From positions 96,001 to 160,000 of the forward strand of contig JAHHIM010000073.1 of NCBI GenBank assembly GCA_019358915.1: a stretch of DNA of 64,000 bases, given 5' to 3'. Every line of letters starts with the position of its first letter. Position 1 is the stretch's first letter. The position numbers and the translations under genes were made by a program. The notes under the pieces are model-generated. The model had not been told where the DNA came from and ran no database searches. It saw only the letters and a list, made by a program, of their open reading frames with translations. Shown here piece after piece: positions 32,287 through 42,726 of the stretch. The stretch comes from Trichormus sp. ATA11-4-KO1. GTDB lineage: Bacteria; Cyanobacteriota; Cyanobacteriia; Cyanobacteriales; Nostocaceae.

Positions 32287-32484
32287 TTAAACAGGTTCAG
32301 GAATCGTTTGGGGAACTGGCCCTGGAACCGTTTGGGGAATGGGAGCGGGTACTGGTTCTGGCACTGGCCCTGGTACTGGTTGGGGAATAGTTGGCCCCGG
32401 TATAGGTTCGGGACTGGGTAACGGATTCGGTTCAGGATTGGGAATTTGTGGTTCGGGTACAGAAATTGCAGTGGGATTAATCAC
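32287..32484 (-). CDS. Small proline-rich hypothetical protein
   Basis: 65 aa of PEP/PGP/PQT repeats with synonymous-site variation between units; GTG start. Confidence 0.5.
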   Translation of the reverse strand: MINPTAISVPEPQIPNPEPNPLPSPEPIPGPTIPQPVPGPVPEPVPAPIPQTVPGPVPQTIPEPV

Positions 32485-32870
32485 GGTAGGTCTAATTCAA
32501 TTATTCGACTTTCCCAAGCTAGATGACAACATGAACTGGTGACATCTCCCCAAATACCTATACCCTTCTTTAATAATTTACCGCTATTGCCATCAACTGT
32601 GTCTGAATTCTGAATATGGAAACCCCCCAGATAATGATTTGGGGGGTTGGTTTGATGGGAACGAACCGCAAAGAACACAAAGGAATAAGATAGGACTTAG
32701 GCATTGACAGGAAAAACCACGTCTTTCCTAATTTAAAAATTTCTATTCTCCGCTCCCGTACCCTTCGGGACGCTTCACGAACGACTACACTCACGGCAAG
32801 CCCACTCTCTACTCCTTACCAAAATGAGAATTACAGTAAGATGTGGGGATTGGTATCAGTCCTGATTTGG

Positions 32871-34439
32871 TTAGTTTAAAAGTGCGCCTGATTGTCCATT
32901 TTCGACTACAAAAGAAGCTAAAGTTTTGACAGAGGCATTCAAGTCAATGATGCTGGAGACAACGCGGTAGTCAGTTTGCCAGAGTGCCGGTGTCAGTTGA
33001 CAACGCACGTATCCCCGGAAGGCACCGTCAAAGAATTTAGTGTGGGGATTGTTGCTTAAGGACGCTTGAACTGGCGCAATAAATTGGCTGGGAAAGTCTG
33101 AGGAAATTGAAGTTCCTATGAATTCAGTCCCTACTGTTGGTGAATTTGGGTTATTAAAATCAAGCTTCAAATCATGCACCCAACTAGAATGGATATCTCC
33201 GGTAATCACTACTGGGTTGGAGGGTTGTCGCTGATTCAGAAAATTGAGGAGTCGATTACGTGCAACCACGTAGCCATCCCACTGATCCATATTGAAGACA
33301 GCTATGTCCGGGTTACTATTAAAATTGTATTGCGCGAACATGGTTTGTTGAGCAATTATATTCCAGCGCGATCGCGATTGGTCTAACCCTGTTAATAGCC
33401 ACTTTTCTTGCTCTGAGCCTGTCATGGTAGCATTGGGGTCAAAGGCTTCAGGGCAGCGAGGTTTCAGTCCATCATCACAAGGTTGATCAGTACGGTATTG
33501 TCTAGTATCCAGGACGTTAAACTCAGCTAAATTACCGAAAGTGAACCGCCGATATAGCAGCATGTCTGGGCCGTTGGGCAGCGAAGACCGACGGAGCGGC
33601 ATGTGTTCGTAGTAGGCTTGATATGCATTGGCGCGCCGTTTCGTAAAAGCCTCTAGGGTTTGGTCGTCTTCAGGGATTAAATTGGCGTAGTTGTTATCAA
33701 CTTCATGATCATCCCAAGTGACAATCCAGGGAAACGCGGCATGAGCAGCTTGCAGATTTGAGTCAGTTTTGTATAAAGCGTGACGGTTGCGGTAGTCGTT
33801 AAGGGTGATAATTTCTGGGCCATTATGCTGGCGTGGCGCACCCGATCGCGGCCCGTCTTCATATATATAATCACCTAAATGCACCACTAAATCGAGGTTT
33901 TCCTCAGCTAAATGCCGAAAAGCTGTATAAAAACCATTTTGCCAGTCTTGACAAGAGACAAAAGCAAAGTTTAGTTGTGAGATAGAGCCAAAGAATGCTG
34001 GTGCTGTCCGAGTCCGACCTATGGGGCTAACTTCCCTACCTACCTGAAACTGATACCAATACCAACGATCAGGGTCTAGTCCACGGACATCAACGTGTAC
34101 TGAATGTGCTAACTCTGGTGTCGCCAGCGCAGTTCCGCGACGCACAACCCTTCTCATCTTCTCATCAAGGGCTACTCGCCACCGCACAGGTACATTATTC
34201 TGTGGCATTCCTCCGCCGAAAAGTGGATTGGGAGCCAACCTAGTCCAGATCACCACACTATCCGGCAAAGGGTCACCAGAGGCCACACCCAGACTGAACG
34301 GATAGCCAGAAAATCTGGGGTTAGCCAATACCGGATGCCATTGGCTAGTAATTGTTAACCCCGTTAAAAAACCTGCACCCAGTAAAAAACTTCGCCGTCT
34401 GCACCGATTTGCTAGCAGGTTGTTCTCCATCAGATCCAT
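32871..34439 (-). CDS. phoD: PhoD-type alkaline phosphatase, Tat-exported
   Basis: RRRSFL Tat motif, GVASGDP, HLGDYIYE, WDDHEV, LDTRQYR, DQWDGY, TGDIH. Confidence 0.93.
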   Translation of the reverse strand: MDLMENNLLANRCRRRSFLLGAGFLTGLTITSQWHPVLANPRFSGYPFSLGVASGDPLPDSVVIWTRLAPNPLFGGGMPQNNVPVRWRVALDEKMRRVVRRGTALATPELAHSVHVDVRGLDPDRWYWYQFQVGREVSPIGRTRTAPAFFGSISQLNFAFVSCQDWQNGFYTAFRHLAEENLDLVVHLGDYIYEDGPRSGAPRQHNGPEIITLNDYRNRHALYKTDSNLQAAHAAFPWIVTWDDHEVDNNYANLIPEDDQTLEAFTKRRANAYQAYYEHMPLRRSSLPNGPDMLLYRRFTFGNLAEFNVLDTRQYRTDQPCDDGLKPRCPEAFDPNATMTGSEQEKWLLTGLDQSRSRWNIIAQQTMFAQYNFNSNPDIAVFNMDQWDGYVVARNRLLNFLNQRQPSNPVVITGDIHSSWVHDLKLDFNNPNSPTVGTEFIGTSISSDFPSQFIAPVQASLSNNPHTKFFDGAFRGYVRCQLTPALWQTDYRVVSSIIDLNASVKTLASFVVENGQSGALLN

Positions 34440-34526
34440 AATTCACCCCTACTGAGATGTTGATTTTGACTGGTTTCTCAATTGCTCAAATAAACTAGAG
34501 CAACTTACCAACCCCAAATCAAGCAG

Positions 34527-34556
34527 GGATTAAGATTGTGTTAAATATCAACTAAG
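34527..34556 (-). promoter_or_regulatory. Candidate Pho box (SphR/PhoB site) upstream of phoD
   Basis: Minus strand CTTAGTTG-ata-TTTAACAC-aat-CTTAATCC: 8-bp units with 3-bp spacers resembling the cyanobacterial CTTAACCT repeats, about 90 bp upstream of the start. Confidence 0.65.
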
Positions 34557-34651
34557 TAAATCGGCGGGAATAAATCAAACTAATCTAATAAAGTCATATT
34601 TTCCGTCCTGGGTGTAGCTTTCAATCCGCCCCAGACAATCGCGAATATGGA

Positions 34652-34807
34652 TTAAATAAAGCCTGCTAGCAAAAAATCAATATCACTATCTTCTGTCTTC
34701 TCCCCTCGTGCTACTGAACCAAACACCTGCACATTAAACGCCCCATGCTTTGCTGCAATCCCTAAAATCTCCTCTCGTCTTTCTATTCATACCTGCTGCA
34801 AGTTCAT
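34652..34807 (-). pseudogene. Minimal nucleotidyltransferase (MNT antitoxin) pseudogene
   Basis: MNLQQV*IERREEILGIAAKHGAFNVQVFGSVARGEKTEDSDIDFLL: GS...DxD motif, stop at codon 7, 3' half missing. Confidence 0.85.
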
Positions 34808-34856
34808 GTCACAAATCCTCCTCAAAAATCAACTGCTTGGTCAGTGAATTTAAAAA

Positions 34857-35114
34857 TTAAGCAATTGCCAAATCATAATGTAAAACTAAAATTTCATCTG
34901 CTCTCAAAGTCGCCATTGCATATTCACAGCCTTGGGTATCAGCAAATTCGACTAAATAATGATATTCTTCTTCTTGCTCATACACTTCTACAATTGTTCC
35001 CACTTGCCCACTAGGTAAGCTTTTTATAGAAGAATAATCTTCTACTAGTTGTAATCTTTCAATGGGAATAGGCTTGAGGGTAGCAATAGTATCCAAAAGT
35101 TTAACTTTTTTCAT
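34857..35114 (-). CDS. DUF4926-like small acidic protein
   Basis: LLDTIA...GQVGTIVEVY...YLVEFADTQG..YAM. Confidence 0.8.
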   Translation of the reverse strand: MKKVKLLDTIATLKPIPIERLQLVEDYSSIKSLPSGQVGTIVEVYEQEEEYHYLVEFADTQGCEYAMATLRADEILVLHYDLAIA

Positions 35115-35445
35115 TGAACTTCAGAAATGCAGTAATCAAACGTGGATAGGGATTTTTAGCAGTAATTTCCCAGATTGTCCGCAGCCTGATTCCGTCTGTA
35201 TCAGGTACTATCCAATCTACCTTAAACTGTTGACCAAATTGTGTAGTACTTTGCTGAACAACTTCACCTGCAACTGCTGCTGTTCGCACAAGTTCACGCA
35301 AAACATCCGCGTTTTCCAGCGTGATTCCTAGAATCGAGGCGAAAACTCTGGCTTTATGTTTTCCACTGGAATGTTCTGGGTTTAGACAATAGCCTATTAG
35401 CTTTTGCGTAGAAATCTCTGCTTGCTCGCCGTTGGGTAATTTCAT
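35101..35445 (-). CDS. DUF6883-like putative nuclease/toxin
   Basis: KLIGYCLNPEHSSGKHKARVF...FGQQF...TIW...PRLITAF; overlaps the downstream gene by 14 bp. Confidence 0.75.
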   Translation of the reverse strand: MKLPNGEQAEISTQKLIGYCLNPEHSSGKHKARVFASILGITLENADVLRELVRTAAVAGEVVQQSTTQFGQQFKVDWIVPDTDGIRLRTIWEITAKNPYPRLITAFLKFNEKS

Positions 35446-35506
35446 CGTCTATGAAGATGCCCTAACAGACTTCAAATTTTATCATTGGCGGTTCGTTTAT
35501 AAAAAA

Positions 35507-36979
35507 ATGCTCAATCAAAACCAAACACCATTAATAGATGCTTTAAAAGCTTATACAACCCATGCTCACGCTCCCTTTTACACACCAGGACATAAGCGGG
35601 GAAAAGGCATTCATCAACCCTTGGCTGACTTACTGGGGACAAAAGTCTTTGATGCTGATTTAACAGAATTAGCTAATTTAGATAATTTATTTGCGCCCCA
35701 AGGCGTAATTCAACAAGCGCAACAACTAGCAGCCGCAGCATTTGGCGCATCACAAACATGGTTTTTGGTCAATGGTTCTACCTGTGGGATTGAAGCGGCA
35801 ATTTTAGCAACCTGTGGCACAGGCGATAAAATCATTCTGCCTCGGAATGTGCATTCATCAGCGATCGCGGGGTTAATTCTCTCTGGTGCCATACCTATTT
35901 TTCTTCATCCTGAATATGACCCAGTTTTAGATATAGCCCACAGTATCACACCTGAAGCTGTGCAAGCGGCACTACAAAAACATCCTGACGCGAAAGCAGT
36001 GTTCGTAGTTTATCCCACATATTATGGTGTTTGTGGGAATTTGAAAGCGATCGCCCAAATTACTCATCAATATCATATTCCTTTACTTGTAGACGAAGCA
36101 CACGGCGCTCACTTTGCTTTTCATCCCGAACTACCCACCCCAGCATTAGCGGCAGGTGCTGATTTAACTGTACAATCCACCCATAAAGTACTTGGTGCGA
36201 TGACACAGGCATCAATGCTGCACGTTCAAGGTGACAGGATCAAGATTGATCGAGTAAGTAAAGCTTTGCAGCTTGTGCAATCTACCAGTCCTAGTTATCT
36301 ACTTTTAGCTTCCCTAGATGCCGCACGTCAGCAAATGGCATTATCAGGAAAAGCGTTGATGTCTCGCACATTGCAACTTGCTGATGAAGCGAGAACAAGA
36401 ATTAGCCAAATTCCTGGGTTATCGGTTTTGCAGATGACATCACCCGGCTTTATGGCTTTAGACAGAACACGGCTAACCGTTAATGTTTCTGGTTTAGGGA
36501 TAACGGGATTTACCGCAGATGAAATTTTAGATGCACAACTGGGTGTTACGGCTGAATTTGCATCAATGCAACATCTAACTTTTATTATTAGTTTAGGTAA
36601 TACCCCAGCTGATATTGAGCAATTGGTGCAAGGTTTTATGAAATTAGGGAGTAGGGGGAATACTGGTAGTTTGTTAACGAGAAACGAATGCATCGTATGG
36701 GATAATCATCTGAGACTTTCTCCCCGTGAAGCCTTTTTTGCTGATAGCGAAACTTTACCAGTGGAACAGACAAGCGATCGCATCTGTACAGAAATTGTTT
36801 GTCCCTACCCCCCAGGAATTCCCGTTTTAATGCCGGGAGAAGTGATTACCAAAGCGGCTTTAGAATATCTACAACAAATTCAAGCCACAGGTGGATTTAT
36901 TAGTGGTTGTGTTGATACCAGTGGCAAAACTTTAAAAGTGGTCAATTTTTTAAGTGCTGAGTGCCTTTCTAAGTGCTGA
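35507..36979 (+). CDS. PLP-dependent Orn/Lys/Arg decarboxylase
   Basis: FYTPGHK, LVNGST, VDEAHGAH, QSTHK (PLP Lys), STSPSY, PYPPGIP; ATG start taken at 35507. Confidence 0.92.
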   Translation: MLNQNQTPLIDALKAYTTHAHAPFYTPGHKRGKGIHQPLADLLGTKVFDADLTELANLDNLFAPQGVIQQAQQLAAAAFGASQTWFLVNGSTCGIEAAILATCGTGDKIILPRNVHSSAIAGLILSGAIPIFLHPEYDPVLDIAHSITPEAVQAALQKHPDAKAVFVVYPTYYGVCGNLKAIAQITHQYHIPLLVDEAHGAHFAFHPELPTPALAAGADLTVQSTHKVLGAMTQASMLHVQGDRIKIDRVSKALQLVQSTSPSYLLLASLDAARQQMALSGKALMSRTLQLADEARTRISQIPGLSVLQMTSPGFMALDRTRLTVNVSGLGITGFTADEILDAQLGVTAEFASMQHLTFIISLGNTPADIEQLVQGFMKLGSRGNTGSLLTRNECIVWDNHLRLSPREAFFADSETLPVEQTSDRICTEIVCPYPPGIPVLMPGEVITKAALEYLQQIQATGGFISGCVDTSGKTLKVVNFLSAECLSKC

Positions 36980-37106
36980 GTGTTGAGTGCTGAGTGCTGA
37001 GTAAGGAATTATTATTTATCCCAATTCCCCATTCCCAATTCCCCATTCTCTATTCCCAATTCCCCATTCTCTATTCCCAATTCCCCATTCCCAATTCCCC
37101 ATTCCT
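36954..37106. repeat. TGCTGAG heptamers followed by an ATTCCC(C/A) heptamer array
   Basis: TGCTGAG units overlap the decarboxylase 3' end; roughly a dozen ATTCCCC/ATTCCCA/ATTCTCT units follow. Confidence 0.88.
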
Positions 37107-37112
37107 ATACTT

Positions 37113-40100
37113 TTACCAAAGTTGCACAGCTATGACTCCAGCGATCGCACTGGCGACAAGGGAAGTCAGCGCTGTACCAAATAGCCACCAAGCAGCACTG
37201 GCTACGGCTTTTTTAGTTTCTTCAGCTTGCTTTTTAGCTTGTTCTTGGATTGCTTGCAGGCGTTTTTGCGTTTCTTGTTGGATGCGTTCGGCTCTTTGCA
37301 ACACACTATCTCGCGCTGCTTCTATTTGGTTGATAATTCGGTTAGCATCTTCCTGGGAAATATCTTCACGAGAACTGAGGATAGCAACTAAGGTATCAAG
37401 GTCAAATTGACTTAGGCGATCGCGCAACGCCTCAAATCCTGCTTGTGGATCATCCAACAATTTAGCAAAGTCTTGCTGAATGCCTTCATAGTTCAGTTCT
37501 GGACGAGCCAAGGAGTTGAGGTAATCGCGGATTTTGGCAAAAATTCCATCAATCACCGATTGTACCCTTTGCTGAACCTGCTGCAATTGGTTCACAACTG
37601 AATCGCGCGCCGACTCAATTTGATCGACAATGCGATTAGCGTCTGCTTCGGAAATATCTTCTCTTTGGGATAATAGTGCCACAATTGTCGAACGATCGAA
37701 TTTAGCCACGCGATCGCCTAAATTTCCCAGTCCTACTTGCGGATCTCGCAGCAGCAATTGCACATCACGTTTGATGCTTTCTGGATTGAGTTCTTCTTTA
37801 TCGGTTTGACGCAAGTAATTTTCCAGATTGGCTTCAAAGTCTGTGACTCGTTGAGCGGTACGGCTGGCGAAACGTCGCGGCGCTCTCACGATACTTTGAA
37901 TGGCTGCTTGTACTTGATCAATGATCTGATTAATTTGCTCTTCGCTCAAGTCTTGCCGTTGGTTGAGCAGTTTCACTAATGTATCACGGTCAAAATGGGA
38001 TAGGCGATCGCGGAATGCTAAAGCACCCATTCGCGGATCAGCTAGTAATGTTTCTAAATCTCGCCTGATACCTTCGGGGTTGAGTTCTTTTAAGTTAGTA
38101 TGGCGGAGATATTCAGCCAGTGCAGTTTTAGTTTGCTCATACTGATCTGCTACTGTTTGCGGTGCTTGCAAGATGCTATCTCTGACGGCTTCCAATTGAT
38201 TGAGAATTTGGTTTACCTGTTCTGCACTCAAATCTTGCCGTTGAGTGAGCAATTTCACAATGGTATCGCGGTCAAAACGAGATAGGCGATCGCGTAGTAA
38301 ACTAATTCCTACAGTTGGCTGTTCTAGTAAAGCTTTAAAATCACGCCTAATACCTTCAGGATTCAATTCTTCTTTATTGGTATTTCGCAAATAATCTGTG
38401 ATTCTTTGCCACAATTGATTGGCTGTTGCTGTTGCTTGTTCTTGGCGTTCCCTGAATTGATTCAAGACGCGTTCGCAGATATTTTCTAGTTGACTAACAA
38501 TATTATTAGCTTCTTCTTCACTGAGGTCTTGACGATGCAAGAGTACCTGCACAAAAGCATGACGATCAAATTCTTGTAAGCGAATACTTAAATCAGCAAA
38601 ATCGGTTGCTGATTCTGTTAACAAAGTAGTGAAATCTTGTTCAATAGCTTCTGGGTTCAGTTCTACCTTACTTGTAGAACGCAAATAATTTTCGATGCGG
38701 AAACGAAGTTCTTGTCCTTTTTCTCGTACTTCTGCCTGTTGGACAATTTCTAAGACTTCCTGGCGAATACTTTCCATCTGCTGGGAAATTTCTTTTACCC
38801 TGGCTTCGCTGATGTCACCTCTTTGTGTCAGCAAGTTAGTAAAATATTCTTGATTGATTTGTGCTAATTCCCGATGTGTGGTTGCAGGATCTGCCTGTGG
38901 ATCATATATCACTTCTGGAAATTCATCTTGAATTTTGATGCGGTTAAAATGCCAAGGTAAAGAATTCAGAATATAGTCTTCTACATCCGCTTTAATAATA
39001 TTTTCGGATGGCTTTGGCAATCTTGCAGCTATTTTACCAGTAGTTTGCTCTCTGAGATTTTGCAACTGGTGTGTAATTTTCTCAATATCTATATCTTGAA
39101 TTTTATCTCTTAGTTTTTGCAGTTGAGTTGTAATTTTTTCCACATCGAGATCAGAGAGTTCGACCCGATCTAGTAATGCTGGTGCTGCACTCAAGCCATA
39201 TCGAATACCTTGTTTGAGCAAATTATTTCTACCATTACCGTTTTCTCTGACTCCAACTAGTTGCTGAAGCCGTTCACCCAAATCTTCCGAGCTCAACTCT
39301 TCGGGAGTAGCAGATTTAAGTAAACTAATTACTTGCTCTGTGGGATTTTGACGAGCAATAGTTTGTTTCCAAGCATCTTCTAGTTGTTCAGAAATTTGAT
39401 TGACATCTTGTTTTGATAAATTTGTCCGACTGCTAATTAAATCGATAAATGTTTGACGATTAATGTTTTTTAGTAGGTCACTGTCAGTCATAGATTGTAA
39501 ATCTACGTCACTGAGTATCTTGTCAAATTGACTGCGAATTTCTGCTAAATTCAAATTAGGTATTTGCAGAGAATGCAAAGAATTTTGTAACGTATTTCTT
39601 AAACCTTCAGTGTCTAAACCTGAAGTTAATTCGCGCCGGACTGCGGCTGTAATTTCCTCAGCTGTAGAAACTGCTTGTTTTTTCCCTGCATTAGCACCAA
39701 ATGTAGCAGTTGCAGTCCCCACTAGAGCTTGTAAACCAGCGTTTGCAGTACTGATAAAAGAGCTAACGAAGGAACCTACCGTTGAAGAACCCAACCAAAC
39801 TACTAGTGAAAAGTAGGCAGACCAAATCACTACACCGATAATTGCTCCTAAAAGCGCACTTTCAATTAAGCTAAGTTTTACCGCTAGAAAACAAGCGATG
39901 AATAATGCAATACTAGCGGTTATTAATGCCCAAAATCCTACTTTAGTTTCAACTTTGCGAATTTTCCTACCCCAAGTTTGTGATTCAGAATTAGCAGATG
40001 AATCAATTACCCAAGATGAAATTCCTACAGCAACGGAAAAGTTTGTCAATAAAAATTGGAAAGCAAAGGCCATTAAAGTACCAGCTAATAATGCCACGAT

Positions 40101-40226
40101 AAATTTAGGTCCGGAAAAGACGACTGATACTTGTTCTGGCGTGAGAATATCTGACGCTCCATTTATGAGTGCTATTCCTATAGATAGCTCAATCCAACTA
40201 AACATAGTTTCAACACCATGAAACAT
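37113..40226 (-). CDS. Large helical-repeat protein with terminal membrane segments
   Basis: Three N-terminal TM helices, one C-terminal TM, and repeated ~95-aa units (YLR.T.K.ELNPEGI..D...RDRLS.FDR.T.V.LL.QR.D.S). Confidence 0.8.
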   Translation of the reverse strand: MFHGVETMFSWIELSIGIALINGASDILTPEQVSVVFSGPKFIVALLAGTLMAFAFQFLLTNFSVAVGISSWVIDSSANSESQTWGRKIRKVETKVGFWALITASIALFIACFLAVKLSLIESALLGAIIGVVIWSAYFSLVVWLGSSTVGSFVSSFISTANAGLQALVGTATATFGANAGKKQAVSTAEEITAAVRRELTSGLDTEGLRNTLQNSLHSLQIPNLNLAEIRSQFDKILSDVDLQSMTDSDLLKNINRQTFIDLISSRTNLSKQDVNQISEQLEDAWKQTIARQNPTEQVISLLKSATPEELSSEDLGERLQQLVGVRENGNGRNNLLKQGIRYGLSAAPALLDRVELSDLDVEKITTQLQKLRDKIQDIDIEKITHQLQNLREQTTGKIAARLPKPSENIIKADVEDYILNSLPWHFNRIKIQDEFPEVIYDPQADPATTHRELAQINQEYFTNLLTQRGDISEARVKEISQQMESIRQEVLEIVQQAEVREKGQELRFRIENYLRSTSKVELNPEAIEQDFTTLLTESATDFADLSIRLQEFDRHAFVQVLLHRQDLSEEEANNIVSQLENICERVLNQFRERQEQATATANQLWQRITDYLRNTNKEELNPEGIRRDFKALLEQPTVGISLLRDRLSRFDRDTIVKLLTQRQDLSAEQVNQILNQLEAVRDSILQAPQTVADQYEQTKTALAEYLRHTNLKELNPEGIRRDLETLLADPRMGALAFRDRLSHFDRDTLVKLLNQRQDLSEEQINQIIDQVQAAIQSIVRAPRRFASRTAQRVTDFEANLENYLRQTDKEELNPESIKRDVQLLLRDPQVGLGNLGDRVAKFDRSTIVALLSQREDISEADANRIVDQIESARDSVVNQLQQVQQRVQSVIDGIFAKIRDYLNSLARPELNYEGIQQDFAKLLDDPQAGFEALRDRLSQFDLDTLVAILSSREDISQEDANRIINQIEAARDSVLQRAERIQQETQKRLQAIQEQAKKQAEETKKAVASAAWWLFGTALTSLVASAIAGVIAVQLW

Positions 40227-40732
40227 AATATTTCCCCAATTACACTCAATTCAATATCCATTTCTAGAGAAATTGGCTTATCTATCAGTTTAGATACTAA
40301 TTACCTCTGATTACACTTTCCCTGGTAATATATCCTTTTGCCAAAAGTCGTATTTTTCTCTCTCTATTTATTAATGTTAATTGCCGATTTAGCATAGAAA
40401 ATAGTATTAATATAAGAAATAAAGTAATAAATTTATATGTATCTAGTAAATCATCTTAGATATTTATATCTATCAAAAATTATTAAATAAAAAATCTACA
40501 ATTAAAAATCAATTAACTTGCCAACAATGAATTTAATAAATATCATAAATTATTGGTTTTTACGTAATTTAATAAATACACTTATGTCCAATGGCAGAGA
40601 TTTAATTTATTCCGAGCGATTGATGAAAACCTTTTATAAAAAATATATAAGTTAAATTGTTGGTCTAAATATCAATAGATTAAAGATTAGCACATTGGCA
40701 GGAAATCATTTTTTTGATTAGGAGAAGAAGAC

Positions 40733-41983
40733 ATGGTTGTAGGCGTGCGTAGACGAGCTGTAGGTGTATTTTCTAATCACAGGGCTGTGGAACAAGCACT
40801 GCATGAATTGAAGAATTCCGGCTTTCCCATGGATAGAGTTTCTGTCATCGCCAGAGATGCAGATCGTCAAGATGATATTGCCGGTACCCAAGTCAAGGAA
40901 CAAGTTGGAGATAAAGCCGACGAAGGTGCAGCAACTGGAGCTATTTCTGGCGGTGTTTTGGGTGGTGTAACTGGCTTATTAGTTGGTCTGGGAGCCATAG
41001 CAATTCCCGGAATTGGGCCAATCATGCTGGCTGGTGCAACAGCAACTACTTTGGCTACCACTCTAGCTGGCGCTGGTATTGGTGCAGCAGCTGGTGGCTT
41101 AATAGGTGCATTAATTGGTTTAGGAATTCCCGAAGAGCGAGCTAGAGTTTATCACGAGCGAGTTGAACGAGGACATTATTTAGTCATCATAGATGGCACA
41201 GAGGCAGAAATTGCTACAGCTCAAGCAATTCTTAATCGCCATAGGATCGAAGAGTTTGGTATTTATGACTACCCCAATGACGAACGTGCAACGACCAATG
41301 TCGCGCAGAGGGATGTGACTGCACAAATAACTCAACGGGCGATTGGCGTATTTTCTCGTTACCGAGATGCAGAAGCAGCGCTTACGGAACTGCGAGATGC
41401 GGGTTTTTCCATGAATCAAGTATCTTTCATTGCCAAAGATACAAACGGTCAACGTGTAGCTGGAGCAGATAGAAATCTCGGTACAGGTAATAAAGCAGAC
41501 GAAGGAGCAAAAGCTGGAGCAGCCACAGGGGGAGCTTTAGGCGGCTTAGGCGGCTTATTAGTCGGTCTTGGTGCTTTAGCAATTCCTGGAGTAGGTCCTG
41601 TGATTGCAGGTGGTGCAGTAGCAACTGCATTAGCATCCACCATCACTGGTGGTGTGGTAGGTGCGGCGGCTGGCGGTTTAGTTGGTGCATTGGTTGGTTT
41701 AGGTATTCCCGAAGACCGAGCACGAGTTTATAGCGATCGCTTCCAAAGAGGTGACCATTTAGTCATAGTCGATGGGACACCAGATGAAATCCGCCGCGCT
41801 GAAGCAATTCTCAAACGTCGCGGTATTGAAGAATTTGCCATCTATGATGCTACTGATATAGACAGGGAACATCGTCCAGGACTGGATCAAGTCAGACATG
41901 AGACCACTAGGAATTACTCAGCAACAGGCGATCGCGAAGACCCTTCTGTAGTGATTATTGATCGTCGGGATGAAAAAGTTTAA
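40733..41983 (+). CDS. General stress protein (YflT/17M-like) with glycine zippers, internally duplicated
   Basis: Two copies of RA(V/I)GVFS..A..AL.EL...GF.M..VS.IA / KADEGA / IPG.GP / GLGIPE.RARVY; AGGAG RBS. Confidence 0.82.
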   Translation: MVVGVRRRAVGVFSNHRAVEQALHELKNSGFPMDRVSVIARDADRQDDIAGTQVKEQVGDKADEGAATGAISGGVLGGVTGLLVGLGAIAIPGIGPIMLAGATATTLATTLAGAGIGAAAGGLIGALIGLGIPEERARVYHERVERGHYLVIIDGTEAEIATAQAILNRHRIEEFGIYDYPNDERATTNVAQRDVTAQITQRAIGVFSRYRDAEAALTELRDAGFSMNQVSFIAKDTNGQRVAGADRNLGTGNKADEGAKAGAATGGALGGLGGLLVGLGALAIPGVGPVIAGGAVATALASTITGGVVGAAAGGLVGALVGLGIPEDRARVYSDRFQRGDHLVIVDGTPDEIRRAEAILKRRGIEEFAIYDATDIDREHRPGLDQVRHETTRNYSATGDREDPSVVIIDRRDEKV

Positions 41984-42117
41984 CCCAATTAATTTGGTGA
42001 TTACACACAACAAATTTACTCGATTGTAGTAGCAACAAACAAAACTTGCTCTACCCTACTTCTAAAAAACATCAACACATTCTCAAAATTTCAATTTACG
42101 AGCCAGAATTTAAACAT

Positions 42118-42579
42118 ATGCAAAAGCTAACCCCCTTCTTAATTAGTTGCGTTTTATTTTTTGGCGCTGCTGCTTGTAATGATACTGCGAGAACAGATAG
42201 TGCCGCTCCTGCACCTGGTGAAGTTCCAGAAGCACCAACTGCACAGACAACACAAGAGTCTCTAGAAGAATCTCAAAGCGATGTCCGCAGAAGACAACTA
42301 GATGCTGATATTCGTGCTCGTGAAGAGCGAACAGCTGCTCTAGATCAAGCTCCTGGCGAAAGAACTCCAGAAGACCTGGCCAGTGAGGTTCGTTCTAAAT
42401 TAGAAGCCAATATACCTGATGGACTACTAACAGTTGAGGCAAATGATGAAGGTATAGTTACCGTATCAGGAACTGTGAATAATCAGGATCAATTATCTAA
42501 AATTGAACCTTTGGCACAGGAAATTTACGGAGTCAATGATGTAGTTGTCGATGCAGTTGTTGCTCCGCCACAAGGTTAA
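42118..42579 (+). CDS. BON-domain lipoprotein
   Basis: Signal peptide with AAAC lipobox; C-terminal VTVSGTV...AQEIYGV..V BON pattern. Confidence 0.82.
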   Translation: MQKLTPFLISCVLFFGAAACNDTARTDSAAPAPGEVPEAPTAQTTQESLEESQSDVRRRQLDADIRAREERTAALDQAPGERTPEDLASEVRSKLEANIPDGLLTVEANDEGIVTVSGTVNNQDQLSKIEPLAQEIYGVNDVVVDAVVAPPQG

Positions 42580-42726
42580 ATTTGTTGACCCCCAGTAAGT
42601 GAAAAATTTTGGATTTTAGATTGAGTAAGTTAATCTAAAGTCCAAAATTACACCAAAATCAAAATTATTTATATTTTATGAATTTTTAAATTCATTTAAT
42701 GCTGTAGTTACCAAAACCAAAAAACT

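Noticed and set aside
36994..37410. 138-aa plus-strand ORF
   Set aside because: N-terminus is translated heptamer repeat; the rest is antisense to the 1037-aa gene.
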